This document shows, in pieces, positions 33,315-43,600 of a stretch of DNA of 64,000 bases. Source of the DNA: Deltaproteobacteria bacterium (GTDB lineage: Bacteria > UBA10199 > JADGCS01); assembly GCA_024233595.1 (NCBI GenBank), contig JACKPK010000001.1, positions 60,747 to 124,746 on the forward strand. Reading direction: 5' to 3'. The notes under the pieces are model-generated. The model saw only the letters and a program-made list of their open reading frames with translations, was not told the DNA's origin and made no database searches. How positions within the stretch are numbered: the first letter of the stretch is position 1; the number at the start of each line of letters is the position of its first letter. Position numbers and translations under genes: made by a program.

Positions 33315-34364
33315 TTAAACAAACTCTTCTCTATATATATTAATGGTGGCCACCAATAAAGCTGAAATCACAGGACCAAAGAGAATCCCCAATGGACCAA
33401 AGAGCTGGATGCCACCAAATAACGAAAAGAAAATCAAAAGTGGATGAATCTTGATCTGGCCTTCGATCAGAATGGGTTTTAAAAAGTTATCCATCATCGA
33501 GATGCCGCCAGCACCACTCACAAACACCACTGCGGCTTCCCAGCTTTGCCCTTGCAAAAATAACCACACGGCAACCGGCCCCCAAACACCAGCCGAACCA
33601 ACAATGGGCACCATAGACATGAAAAAAGTCAGTGTGCCAAGCAGCACAAAGGCATCAAGACCAATAAGAGCAAAAATCACCGCAGCCACAAAGCCTTGCA
33701 CCAACCCCGTCACAATGTAGCCATAAATGCTGGCATTGATTGTATCGCGCAGTTTTTTGATCAAGCGACGCTCATGGGTTTCGCGCAAAGGCGACACGTC
33801 TAAAAAAACTTTGGTGAGCGACTCGCCCTCTAAAAATAAAAAGTAAATGCCCGCGATCATCACAAAGAACGCAAAGATAAAATTAAAAGTCCCCAGCAAC
33901 ACAGTTGGTGAGTAATCGTAAATGTAAGCACCCACCTGCTTACCAAAATTGGTGAGCACCCCTAAAATATTGATTTTGGTTTGGTACTGCGTCTCGATTT
34001 GATTCACCACCGGCAAAACATACAAGCTGTAAAACTCGGTTGTGAAAAAGTTCGAGAAGGTTTCTTTAAGATTGAGATTGCCAATGTAATTGTAAAGATC
34101 CTGAATCAGAATGGTTGTGATCCAAGAGCTGGGCACAATGAGTAAACTAAAAATGAGCAGCGTGCTCACCAGCGAAGCCACTTTGCGCCGCCCTTTGCAA
34201 GCAGAGACTATTTTTGAGTACAAGGGGTAAAAAATCACCACAATGATGCTGGCTAAAATCATGGGACGTAAAAAAGGCCCCATGACGTACAAGAACCCCA
34301 CCAACAAAGCCAACATGACAATGATAAGAGACTTTTTTTCGCGACTGATTTCTGTTGTTTTCAT
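33315..34364 (-). CDS. AI-2E family transporter (PerM/TqsA-like)
   Basis: 349 aa with about eight TM segments and the UPF0118 topology; carries the 'MSMVPIVGSAGVWGPV' motif. Confidence 0.8.
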   Translation of the reverse strand: MKTTEISREKKSLIIVMLALLVGFLYVMGPFLRPMILASIIVVIFYPLYSKIVSACKGRRKVASLVSTLLIFSLLIVPSSWITTILIQDLYNYIGNLNLKETFSNFFTTEFYSLYVLPVVNQIETQYQTKINILGVLTNFGKQVGAYIYDYSPTVLLGTFNFIFAFFVMIAGIYFLFLEGESLTKVFLDVSPLRETHERRLIKKLRDTINASIYGYIVTGLVQGFVAAVIFALIGLDAFVLLGTLTFFMSMVPIVGSAGVWGPVAVWLFLQGQSWEAAVVFVSGAGGISMMDNFLKPILIEGQIKIHPLLIFFSLFGGIQLFGPLGILFGPVISALLVATINIYREEFV

Positions 34365-34380
34365 GTTAGTCTATTAAAAC

Positions 34381-34794
34381 CTATTTTTTAAGAGAGTCTC
34401 TGATTTCTGTTAGCAACTGCACTTCAGGAGAAGGTTTGGCAGGCTCAGCTGGTTTTTCTTGCTCTTTTTTCTTTAGGTTATTCATTGCTTTAACGACCAT
34501 AAAGATAGCAAAGGCAACAAGGATAAAATCAAAAACGGTCTGAAGAAAACTACCGTACGCAATGACCGGAACACCTGCCTCTTTAGCCGCTTCAATCGAC
34601 TGAAATTGCTGCTGACCAAGAGCAATGAACAAAGATTTAAAATTAACACCACCGATCAAAAGCCCAATTGGCGGCATTAAGACGTCGTTAACAAACGAAG
34701 TGACAATTTTACCAAAAGCAGCACCAATGATGATGCCAACAGCCATATCGACAACATTGCCACGCATCGCAAATTTTTTAAATTCTTCAAACAT
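34381..34794 (-). CDS. mscL: Large-conductance mechanosensitive channel
   Basis: '[33 protein letters not shown]...' is a near-canonical MscL N-terminus. Confidence 0.9.
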   Translation of the reverse strand: MFEEFKKFAMRGNVVDMAVGIIIGAAFGKIVTSFVNDVLMPPIGLLIGGVNFKSLFIALGQQQFQSIEAAKEAGVPVIAYGSFLQTVFDFILVAFAIFMVVKAMNNLKKKEQEKPAEPAKPSPEVQLLTEIRDSLKK

Positions 34795-34876
34795 AACATT
34801 CCCCCTTATTTAGTGAAGCAATTCGCAGGGCAAAAATGCCTAGAAAACGAGTCACCACACAATGAAATGTGATTTA

Positions 34877-35068
34877 TCAAGCCCCGTCAGACTTGCCTTC
34901 GTCTATGGATGCTGATTCTTTTTGATCGTCTTCGCCGCGAACCCCTTTATTGAACGAGCGAATCGCCTTACCAAGACCTGCGCCCAGTTCTGGCAGACGC
35001 TTGGCTCCAAAGATCACAAAGGCAATTAATAAGACCACTAATATTTCTGGTAATCCAATGCTTCCCAC
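34877..35068 (-). CDS. tatA: Twin-arginine translocase subunit TatA/E
   Basis: '[42 protein letters not shown]' carries the canonical TatA TM plus amphipathic helix. Confidence 0.8.
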   Translation of the reverse strand: MGSIGLPEILVVLLIAFVIFGAKRLPELGAGLGKAIRSFNKGVRGEDDQKESASIDEGKSDGA

Positions 35069-35186
35069 AGCATTCCTCCTTTTGCGCTAAACGCTCCCTG
35101 CGTATAGCCAATTCAAACCAAAACCGCGAGTTTTAAGTCGCCAAAAATTGGATGCACTTTTTGCAGGCCTGTTCTAACGAAGCCTC

Positions 35187-35795
35187 ATGCAAACTGTCAA
35201 AATCATACTTGTTTTTTCCTCTTTGTGTGGTCTTTCTTTGCTCACAAGCGGCTGCCTCTCGTCTTCAACTGCTTTTGATTTTACCAGGCATTGCCAGACC
35301 ACTGTGGCGCAAACAGCTGAGAACATTGGAAATGCCGGATGCCTTATCACAAAACCCACTAAAACAAACGCTCAGATTCTTTTAATTGACGACGGCCAAG
35401 GATTTGGCCCTCCTGGCGGCACAAGCGATTGGCTTAACAAAGCAAAAGGCATCAAAGAAATGGCTTGGCAAACCGCCTGTCGCGAAACCTTTGAAGAGGT
35501 GTTGGGAGATGCCGCGCAAAAGAGTGACCAACTGATGCTTGGCAAGGAGATCAAGCGTTTTGAAAACGGCTTCCGGCTTTTTAGCTGCACGCCCTCACCT
35601 GATTTTTTACAAAAAACTCAAAAAGACGGCATTTGGGAACACCAAGATGGCAGCGGCGTTCCCGTCACAGTCAAAGTCGGGTGGTTTGATTCTGCAAGCG
35701 CTCTTAAAATTGACTGGCGTTTCCCTGAGCAAAAACAATTGGTTTTGGATCTTGCCTTTCCAAAAAATAACAACAAAAGCGACAAGCATGAGTGA
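35187..35795 (+). CDS. Hypothetical lipoprotein (202 aa)
   Basis: Lipobox 'LLTSGC'. I recognise no family. The stop overlaps the start of the next gene. Confidence 0.45.
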   Translation: MQTVKIILVFSSLCGLSLLTSGCLSSSTAFDFTRHCQTTVAQTAENIGNAGCLITKPTKTNAQILLIDDGQGFGPPGGTSDWLNKAKGIKEMAWQTACRETFEEVLGDAAQKSDQLMLGKEIKRFENGFRLFSCTPSPDFLQKTQKDGIWEHQDGSGVPVTVKVGWFDSASALKIDWRFPEQKQLVLDLAFPKNNNKSDKHE

Positions 35796-36480
35796 GTCAT
35801 TTCACAAAACGCTCAACAACTGGCTCAAAGATCAGTTCGGCACCGGCTTGCACGCTCGTGGCTTTGCCATTCAGAACTTGCCTGAAGACACCAAAGCCAA
35901 AGCGCTGCAAAGTTTGTCGCCCCAAGAACAAACACAGTGGCAAGACTTTTCGGATTTACACAAACGCCGTGAACAATGGCTGCTAGCCAGACTAGCCGCA
36001 AAAATTTGCTACACCGACAGTCTCCAAGACCAAGGGACACGCCCTTCTCTTTCTCAAATCGAAATCATCAAGAATCAATCAGGCAAACCTTTTTTGCAAA
36101 TCAACAAAAAGCCTTTGGCAACCGCACTCTCAATCACACACACCGATGAGTACGTGGTGGCAGCCACCAGTCAAAACACAAACAAATTTGGAATCGATTT
36201 GGAAATCAAAACCCGGCCAATTGGCGATTGGATTGGGCGCGCGTTCTCTCGCAAAGAATCACAAATGCTTAAAGACTGCTCCCCAACCCAACTCTTGCGC
36301 TGCTGGACCGCTAAAGAAGCGGCTTCCAAAGCCTTTGGCACCGGCTTGCACGGGCGTTGGCACGCTTGGCAGGTTGCAGAATTTGATTCTGATCAGATCA
36401 TCATTAAATTTGAAGATCATGAATTCAAAGTGCGCACTCTTGAAACAGAGGCGTTTTTATTTTCGGTGTGTGGGGAATAA
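35788..36480 (+). CDS. 4'-phosphopantetheinyl transferase (Sfp/EntD-type)
   Basis: 'WTAKEAASKAFGTGL' (the W/FxxKEAxxKA PPTase motif) and 'FGIDLE' (Mg-binding G-x-D-x-E). The start 'MSESF' overlaps the upstream gene by 8 nt. Confidence 0.7.
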   Translation: MSESFHKTLNNWLKDQFGTGLHARGFAIQNLPEDTKAKALQSLSPQEQTQWQDFSDLHKRREQWLLARLAAKICYTDSLQDQGTRPSLSQIEIIKNQSGKPFLQINKKPLATALSITHTDEYVVAATSQNTNKFGIDLEIKTRPIGDWIGRAFSRKESQMLKDCSPTQLLRCWTAKEAASKAFGTGLHGRWHAWQVAEFDSDQIIIKFEDHEFKVRTLETEAFLFSVCGE

Positions 36481-36531
36481 GCCCGTGGCACCTCACTTGA
36501 CTTTCGCTCTAAACAGACTGATGGCGCGTTT

Positions 36532-37323
36532 ATGAGAATCACTTCGCTTTTAATTGGGTTTGCACTCACTTTTTCTTTGATCACCGGCGTTCACGCGCAA
36601 GACAATCCGTATTTTGATGCGGTCAAACAACACCTGCAAACCAAGCTAAACACCCAAGATGTGCCTTTGAACGAAACCCAGCTGGTGACTGATTTTCCTT
36701 TTATCAGCTCGCATCAAATTGTGCGCGTCAGCGTGAACAACCTGGCCTTGGAGCACCCTAACCAAAGCGGCATTGGCAGCTACGGTTACTTTGCGATCAA
36801 AGACAACAACGTTTTGCCTTTGCATTCACAAAGTGATGGAGCCGAAACCCTTTTGCGTGACGATCAGGTGTTAGAAAAAGACAGCGTGGCCGCAACAGAC
36901 GTAGCGAACTTTTTGATCGAAACCAAAATCAGACGTCAAAAACAAAGTTACAAAATCATTCAAGGTCCTGCTGACATTCACGCCGCTTTAGCCGGCAAAG
37001 AAACAGCCCAAACCGAAACCACTGATGCTGCGCCAAATCCTGCTTTAACAGATCCTGCTAGTGCAAGCGATGAGGAGATCAAAGCACCTTATTATCAAGA
37101 TGGTGATATCTACAAAGATTTGATTTTTGTGACCCTTGCCGGCTGGGATTCTTCCTACACCGATGTGGTGCTTTACCAAGCCCGCTTTGAGAAAGCCACG
37201 GGTAAGCTCTTTGTGCGTCGTAAACGCTTGGGGGCTATAAAAGATTGGGCTCTTCCGGCTCTTCCACAAAATCCTGCTGATGCCACGCAAAGTAACCCGC
37301 CAGCCACAACGCCGCAACCATAG
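36532..37323 (+). CDS. Hypothetical secreted protein (263 aa) with Pro/Thr-rich C-terminal tail
   Basis: Signal peptide 'MRITSLLIGFALTFSLITGVHA'. I recognise no family. Confidence 0.45.
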   Translation: MRITSLLIGFALTFSLITGVHAQDNPYFDAVKQHLQTKLNTQDVPLNETQLVTDFPFISSHQIVRVSVNNLALEHPNQSGIGSYGYFAIKDNNVLPLHSQSDGAETLLRDDQVLEKDSVAATDVANFLIETKIRRQKQSYKIIQGPADIHAALAGKETAQTETTDAAPNPALTDPASASDEEIKAPYYQDGDIYKDLIFVTLAGWDSSYTDVVLYQARFEKATGKLFVRRKRLGAIKDWALPALPQNPADATQSNPPATTPQP

Positions 37324-37798
37324 TCACCACGCCAAAAATTTTCACCAGCGTCCCTATGATCACATCAAAATTCAAAAGCCCCAGGCTTTCAAAAATATAA
37401 TACCAATCGCCAGGCACGCCTGCCCGCATGTGTGGGAACAGAACAATTTTTTGCGCTCTGGCATCTGCCATGTAAGCACCCACACCAATGAAAATCTTGC
37501 CCGCCCACCAAATGAAACAAGATCCCGAAAAAAACGCCTGATTTTTAAAAAGTAAAAACGCAAAGCCCAAAGGAAAACCAACTTCCAAAACAGTGCCACC
37601 AATCAGAATCAAAAAACGCCCCATAAAAAGCGTGATGATCTGAAAAAACACATGCCCTGCTTCGTGCAAATGAAACGCCACCTTGTCCAAAATGCTTACT
37701 CGATAATCACCCGCATTGAATAAAATGACGATGGTTAAGAAAACCAAAAATAAAAACACCCCAATGCGTAATGGTTTTCGCCAATTTTGAAACGGCAT
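37235..37798 (-). CDS. Polytopic membrane protein with HExxH motif (putative intramembrane metalloprotease-like)
   Basis: 187 aa with about five TM helices and 'FHLHEAGHVFF'. It converges on and overlaps the previous gene by 89 nt. Confidence 0.4.
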   Translation of the reverse strand: MPFQNWRKPLRIGVFLFLVFLTIVILFNAGDYRVSILDKVAFHLHEAGHVFFQIITLFMGRFLILIGGTVLEVGFPLGFAFLLFKNQAFFSGSCFIWWAGKIFIGVGAYMADARAQKIVLFPHMRAGVPGDWYYIFESLGLLNFDVIIGTLVKIFGVVTMVAALWLAGYFAWHQQDFVEEPEEPNLL

Positions 37799-37830
37799 GA
37801 ATTTAGTTTAAGGGAGTTTAGGATGCGGGG

Positions 37831-39090
37831 CTAGGGAAAATATTTAAAATTCCCAGTGTAGCTACGATCGTAAAAAAGATGAATGCCATTCGTCATGGTC
37901 ACCAGCAACCAATCTTCACGCCCGTCTTGATCAAAATCCAAGCGATGAATCCCCACCACACCTTCTTTATCAAAACCCAACGCTTCTGCCACATTCTCAT
38001 AGCTTTCAATATTGCCAAAGCCATTCAAGACAGGGTGTTCAACAAGCAAAGAATCAGTTTCGTGGCAACCCGCTACAGCAATGACCTGAGGACCTTCTTC
38101 TACCAATTGTTGCTGTGCAAAAAGACAACTGGATCCATCGTTTGATAATTCAAACTTAGCTGCCTGGTCTTCATATTTGCCCTCATCATTTTTAACAAAA
38201 AGCTCATCGCTCGTGTCTTCGTACCCAACCAAAATAGACTGTGATCCATTAAGATCAAACACCATGGCACCAACCGAGGCATCAAAGCCTTTGCCCGCTA
38301 AACCAAGCTCTTCTTCAATAAACTCATAACGCCCATCTTTTTGACCAGCGAACACACGATTAGCACCAATGATATTGGACACAAAAACATCAGAAAAACC
38401 ATCGTCGTTAAAATCTGCAGAAACCAGCGCGTTGGCTTCACCAGCATCAAAAACATTCAAATCAGACGCCAAATTTTCACCAAACTCCCAATCTGTTGTT
38501 TGTTGAAAAACCTTCAAACCATTGGTGGTGCCCACAAAAAGGTCATCCTGGTTTAAAAGCAAGGTGCGAGCCAAACTCACATCAAGGGAAGTTTGATCAA
38601 ACAAAAGGCTTTCGCCACCGGTGTTTTGTAAAACGTCGACTGAATCTGCGCGAGCGCGAATTAAATCCTCATCACCATCGCCATCTAAATCCACTTTTAA
38701 AAGAGAACGACTATCTCCAAAAAGCTCTGTGCCACTTGTATCGTCTACTTTTGACCAGAGCCCCGATTGATTCAGTAAAATAAAATCATTTTGAGAACCC
38801 GGTGTCGCCACATACAAATCCTTATCACCATCGCCATTCATATCAAAAAGAACACTCGATCCAATGAACTCATCGACATCAAATTGATCGTGCTCAAATA
38901 CAATGCAAAGGGACTCGCCTTCCTCGGTTTCATAAACCAAGCCCGTTTCGCAAATTTCTTCTGTTTCGCCTGTGTCCACAAAACCAGTGTCATCGGGATT
39001 TTCTGTGTAACCAGGAAAATCATCCCTTGGTTTATCCAAAAATGAATCTTGTTTGCACGCTGCCAGTAGTAATCCTAATCCGATTGTCAT
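37831..39090 (-). CDS. FG-GAP/VCBS-repeat lipoprotein (beta-propeller-like)
   Basis: Lipobox 'LLLAAC'. Repeats include 'DMNGDGDKDLYV', 'DLDGDGDEDL', 'DFNDDGFSDVFV' and 'DFDQDGREDWLL'. Confidence 0.6.
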   Translation of the reverse strand: MTIGLGLLLAACKQDSFLDKPRDDFPGYTENPDDTGFVDTGETEEICETGLVYETEEGESLCIVFEHDQFDVDEFIGSSVLFDMNGDGDKDLYVATPGSQNDFILLNQSGLWSKVDDTSGTELFGDSRSLLKVDLDGDGDEDLIRARADSVDVLQNTGGESLLFDQTSLDVSLARTLLLNQDDLFVGTTNGLKVFQQTTDWEFGENLASDLNVFDAGEANALVSADFNDDGFSDVFVSNIIGANRVFAGQKDGRYEFIEEELGLAGKGFDASVGAMVFDLNGSQSILVGYEDTSDELFVKNDEGKYEDQAAKFELSNDGSSCLFAQQQLVEEGPQVIAVAGCHETDSLLVEHPVLNGFGNIESYENVAEALGFDKEGVVGIHRLDFDQDGREDWLLVTMTNGIHLFYDRSYTGNFKYFP

Positions 39091-39093
39091 GGC

Positions 39094-40158
39094 TTACCTC
39101 TCTTCCTTAAACAGAGAAAACACGATTCCTCCCTGCACAGAAACAACATCGTAGGCAGGGTCTCCTGCAAAACTATTTTGATAACTGCCTTCAACAGTGA
39201 ATCCCATGAATTCTAAACCACTAATTGGCAAAGTCAGAGTCGCATCTGCATCCACTTTAAAAACACCAGAAGTTGATTTTTGTGGAACATAACCCTCTCC
39301 AAAATTAATCTTATTTAAACCAACGCCAGCGCCAATATCGCTCCCCACTGAAAAATGCGGACCAAAATAACGCGCTCCTCCAATGGAGGCTGTGAACAAG
39401 TTTTGCTGAGACGCAAGTGTGGCTGCACTTCCCGAAAACCAAGACCATTCAGGCTCAACATAAATAGCCCAATCTTTTTTTAAGGAATTTTTTTGCTCCG
39501 GCTTGGCAGTGGGCATCAAGTAACGCAAGCTGCCCTTGCCTTGTAAATAATTCAAATCAGAACGAGCTTCTTGGGATTGGCTTTCGGCCAAAGAAGCCGC
39601 TCCCGCTCCCAAACGCAACATCAAACGCCTGTTATTTGCCGGGTAACGAACCTTACCGCCAATCACATCAACACGATCCTGAATGTTCTTTCCATAAGCT
39701 TCAAAAACACGGCAGTTGCCTTCACCTTCCAAAACCCCTTCCATACGCACAGATGGCGGCGTTGATTCTTCTCTCGGGTCTGTACAGGTATTCCAAACCA
39801 AACTCTTATAACGTCCGTACAATTCTAAAAAGCCTGCGACTTGTGCTGTTGTAACAAAAGAGCGGCGATCCAAATCTGACGCAATTTCTCTGTAAGAATC
39901 TTCTAGATACTCCTGAGTCAAATTCAGATTTTGGGCAGCTCCCTTTGCACTATGGCGATCAATGGGATTGTTCTGAGTCATGCCTTGATCAACAACGATC
40001 TGATCGATCTCTGCCATGGCATCAGATAAAAATTGATCCACGCTCGTGCTTTTATCGGAAGATTTTCCAAAACGAACTTCCTTTTCAAAAACCTCAATCT
40101 GATTTTGAATGTAACGATCAACTTCTGGGTACCTGATTTCAATACTATTAGAACTCAT
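39094..40158 (-). CDS. Hypothetical protein (354 aa), C-terminal half beta-rich/OMP-like
   Basis: Strong RBS 'AAGGAGG' 6 nt upstream of the ATG. The C-terminus has alternating hydrophobic beta-strand-like patterns ('GGIVFSLF'). The N-terminus shows no signal peptide. Confidence 0.45.
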   Translation of the reverse strand: MSSNSIEIRYPEVDRYIQNQIEVFEKEVRFGKSSDKSTSVDQFLSDAMAEIDQIVVDQGMTQNNPIDRHSAKGAAQNLNLTQEYLEDSYREIASDLDRRSFVTTAQVAGFLELYGRYKSLVWNTCTDPREESTPPSVRMEGVLEGEGNCRVFEAYGKNIQDRVDVIGGKVRYPANNRRLMLRLGAGAASLAESQSQEARSDLNYLQGKGSLRYLMPTAKPEQKNSLKKDWAIYVEPEWSWFSGSAATLASQQNLFTASIGGARYFGPHFSVGSDIGAGVGLNKINFGEGYVPQKSTSGVFKVDADATLTLPISGLEFMGFTVEGSYQNSFAGDPAYDVVSVQGGIVFSLFKEER

Positions 40159-40509
40159 TGGCGCCCTCCTTTTCTCTCAAATAAGCAATTCTTTCAGAAA
40201 TTTTTAATTCCAAAAAAATCTGTAAACTTTTCACTAGTTCCAACTTACCAGCATCTTGGCTTTGGACAATTCTCTCGATCTCACTTTGGTAGTGTTGTTT
40301 TAAAATCTCAAAAATAGCTTGGATTTTATCAGCGTTCTGCCAACCGGAAACAATCTTTTGAATCTCACGACCATTCAGATAATTCTCAAAAATATTTTTT
40401 AAATCTTCAAAATAAGGCCGAAACTCATTCCATTTTTCGTAGGAGATTTCACCAGTGGCGAAAGAAAAAAACTGATCCAGAAAAACAACGTCAATGAATT
40501 ATGCCCACT
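40159..40509 (-). pseudogene. 117-codon open frame with no ATG (gene remnant or non-canonical start), translationally coupled to the downstream gene
   Basis: Minus-strand translation runs '...FIDVVFLDQFFSFATGEISYEKWNEFRPYFEDLKNIFENYLNGREIQKIVSGWQNADKIQAIFEILKQHYQSEIERIVQSQDAGKLELVKSLQIFLELKISERIAYLREKEGANEF*' with no stop for 117 codons and no Met. Its stop overlaps the start of 39094..40158. It is absent from the ORF track because it lacks ATG. Confidence 0.3.
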
Positions 40510-40678
40510 CAGTGGTTTCCAGTGCCATTTGGGTTCATGCTCAGGTGCACAACAGCATCGATTTCCTAGAACGATCAAATTCATCCAAAAAGACAGTCCA
40601 TAGATCTTCTAACCAAGTTTCAAAATTTTCTTTTTGCTAAGGTGAGAAGATTGGCAGCAACTTCTAATTCATCAAAAG

Positions 40679-43600
40679 TTATTGCAATAATAGTAATTCA
40701 GGAAAATCAAATCTCTTTGATTCCATATCTTTTCCATAATCATTTTCTAAAATAACTTGCAGCTCTTCAACCAATTGCTTGCGCTTAAAATAGGATTCCG
40801 AAAACACCTGATCTAAAAGAGAGAGGGCTGTGCGTGATTCTCGCATCGCAATTTCTTTAGAAGCACCTGCCACCCGTGTTCTTGCTGCTTTAAGCGCAGT
40901 CGCACGATCATCTCCATAAGATTCCAACTCGTCGAGCAAATCACCAAATTTTTCAAAGTTATTCAGAACAAATTCAGTTCTGCTCAGTTGTTCATTTAAA
41001 AACTGTGCCACTTCCTCAGCAAGCTCAGAAGTCCATTCACGATTACGAATACTCGGAAATTTTGGCGAAAGCCCATGGTTTTCAAATGTACCTTGCATAC
41101 GCAAAGCCAAAGCACGAGTGATGTCTGAACCTGAAAAATAAACGCTGCTTTGTTCCTCTTGTTGATTTAGTGCTTTTAATGCATTTGCACTTAACCACTG
41201 CCAAAAAGAAGACCTTGGAAGATTTTCTTCAAATGAAGAATAGCGAAAAACTGTCGCGTGCGTGACATCGGCGTCATTGAATTTTTCTGATAAAAAGAGA
41301 AGATTGTGGGCCTCTCCCCTTTGGTTTCTTTGCGCCAAATTGACAAAAAAGGCATAAGAAATTTTTGAATCTAAGGCTTTAGCTCTTATAACAAATGAAT
41401 TCAGCTGAGAAAAATCAACACCTTTAAAAAAGCCAGATAGTTCATCACCAAACTTGGCAAGCTTCCAATCCTTTTCTTCGTCGTTTTCTTGTTCTAATTT
41501 AAGAGCATAGGCAAGGTAAGAGTAAGCTGCAAATTTCACATAAGCACCTGTCTCTGCATTTCTCCGCATGACATCAGCCGTTTTTGCAATATCTGCAAAA
41601 AGAGTTTCCAAGGCTTGGGCTTTTTTTAAGGGGCGCGATTGAGGAATTTCTAAAAGCTTTTTATGTAGTTTTAAAAGTTTACTCTCAGAAAGCTTAGATA
41701 AAAACTTTTCCAAACCAAAAGAGCCCAATAGATTTTTTGCCAAATCTGTTTTCTGATCTTGATTCATCTGATCAAGCTCTTCCAACATTTTTTGATTACG
41801 CCAATTTGCAAAAAAAGCGTCAAATTCCCCTTCTTCTTTTTCAGCACGCTCTTGATCTGCCAAGCGCACACCCAGGTAACCCACTAAAAAAAGCCGCTCC
41901 GCTATGGAAGATGACGAAATAAGACTCCAAAGCGGCTCCGACATAGGGATGCCCTGAACAAGATCACTGTTATTTAAGCTTTGTCGTGAATTCTGATGAA
42001 TTTGCTTTAATTTTTGAATCGGTGTTTTCTCGATGACTTTTAGAAAAACCTCTCGTTTGGCTGACCAATCAGATCCTAAAGTATAAGAGGATGCCACTTC
42101 TCCAATAAGCAAAGATGCCTCTGCTTCGCCAGCAAGAGCAATGCCCCAATCCCAAAAATTTAAATCGTAACCTGTAATTTGTTTTTCGATTCCATTGGTA
42201 AAATTAAGTGTGTCAATAATTTCAGCAAAATTTGAAGCGAATGTTTTTTCATCACCTGTAACCGAATTTGACGCTTTTTTATCTGAGGCCATATTTTGCA
42301 ATTGATCTAAATACTCTTTCTTTTGCTCAGCGCCCCAATTTTCAAAGCCTTCGGGCAAACTACTTTCTTGAGGATTTGTGTGAACCCTTTCTCTAAAAAA
42401 ACGAACATCTTTGTTCGGAGCAAAACTCCATTCCAAAGTTCTTAAAAATCGGTTTTTATCTGCAAAAGCGGCGCGCTTTAAAACAACCTGTGGCAAATAA
42501 TGTGACCTGGCAATGATCGCACGCATTTGATCTTGTATTTCTAGCGAGTTTTGCCCCTGTAAATCAGACTCTAAACTGGAAACCCCTTGATAACGAATGC
42601 CGGTGATCTCGCCTTGTTCGATTTGCGCCCAGTATTTTTTAGAAAACTCATGCTCATCGATTAAGGCGTTCAAGGCATACAAGGCCGCAGCAATAAGTTC
42701 TTTTGATTTTTCTAATGAGGGTCTTTTTTCTGCACCTGCAGTTTTCAATTGCTCTTGCAGCAGTTGATACCAATCAGAAAGAACCTGCCTAAATTTATTC
42801 ACAAACGACAAATCATTTAAATAGCTTTGCATGACACCAGTGCTAGTAAAAGCTTGGCCACCATAAACAAAGTACCTGACAAAACCTTGCTCGGGATCAC
42901 CAATAAACTTAAGAAACTTTTCTATGGCGTTTTGTTCAGAACCAAGCCCTGCCAGCAAGGAATTGAATTCCGATTCGCCAAGATACTGTTCTGCACGTGG
43001 TGCAAAGTCTTCAAAAAGAACATAACCTTTATCTGACAAACCATTTTTCTGGGGCCACCCATAATTGAGCTCTCTTCGAATCTTAGCAAGATCTTCTATT
43101 ACCACTTCGCTAAACTCATTAGACACACGTTTATCAAATGCAGCTTGTTTGGCTTCAAAGTAACTTAAAAGATAATAGGCGTATTCCAAACGCTGCGTGA
43201 CACGATTTGCTTTTTCTTTGGATAACTCCAAAGGTGCCTTGCGACTCATTTTAGGTAAAGACTCTTCCAGCAAGGTCTTTTCGCGATGGGCAGGAAATCT
43301 TTTTCCGTAGGCAGTGGCATCATTATAGACTCTGTAAAGCTCATCTGCATTGCTTTCAAAAGCCAGAAAAGAAGATAGTGCCTGCTCAGTTGCTGAATCA
43401 GTGCCTATTTCTTGAGTCAAAGCTTGCAAAGGCATCCAGCTTATTTTTTCGCGCGCATAAGAAACATCCCTGTCTTGCGATTCCATTTGTTGTTCCGAAA
43501 AACGCAAAGTATCCAATATACTTTCGATCTGAAAATCAATTCCATCAATGGCCCAAGAAAAATCAATTTCGCTCGCATGAGGATTGTCTCCAAATTGCTG

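Noticed and set aside
39094-40158. Considered calling the 354-aa protein a bona fide outer-membrane beta-barrel
   Set aside because: I detect no N-terminal signal peptide and the terminal residue is not aromatic. It is kept as an 'OMP-like C-terminus' only.
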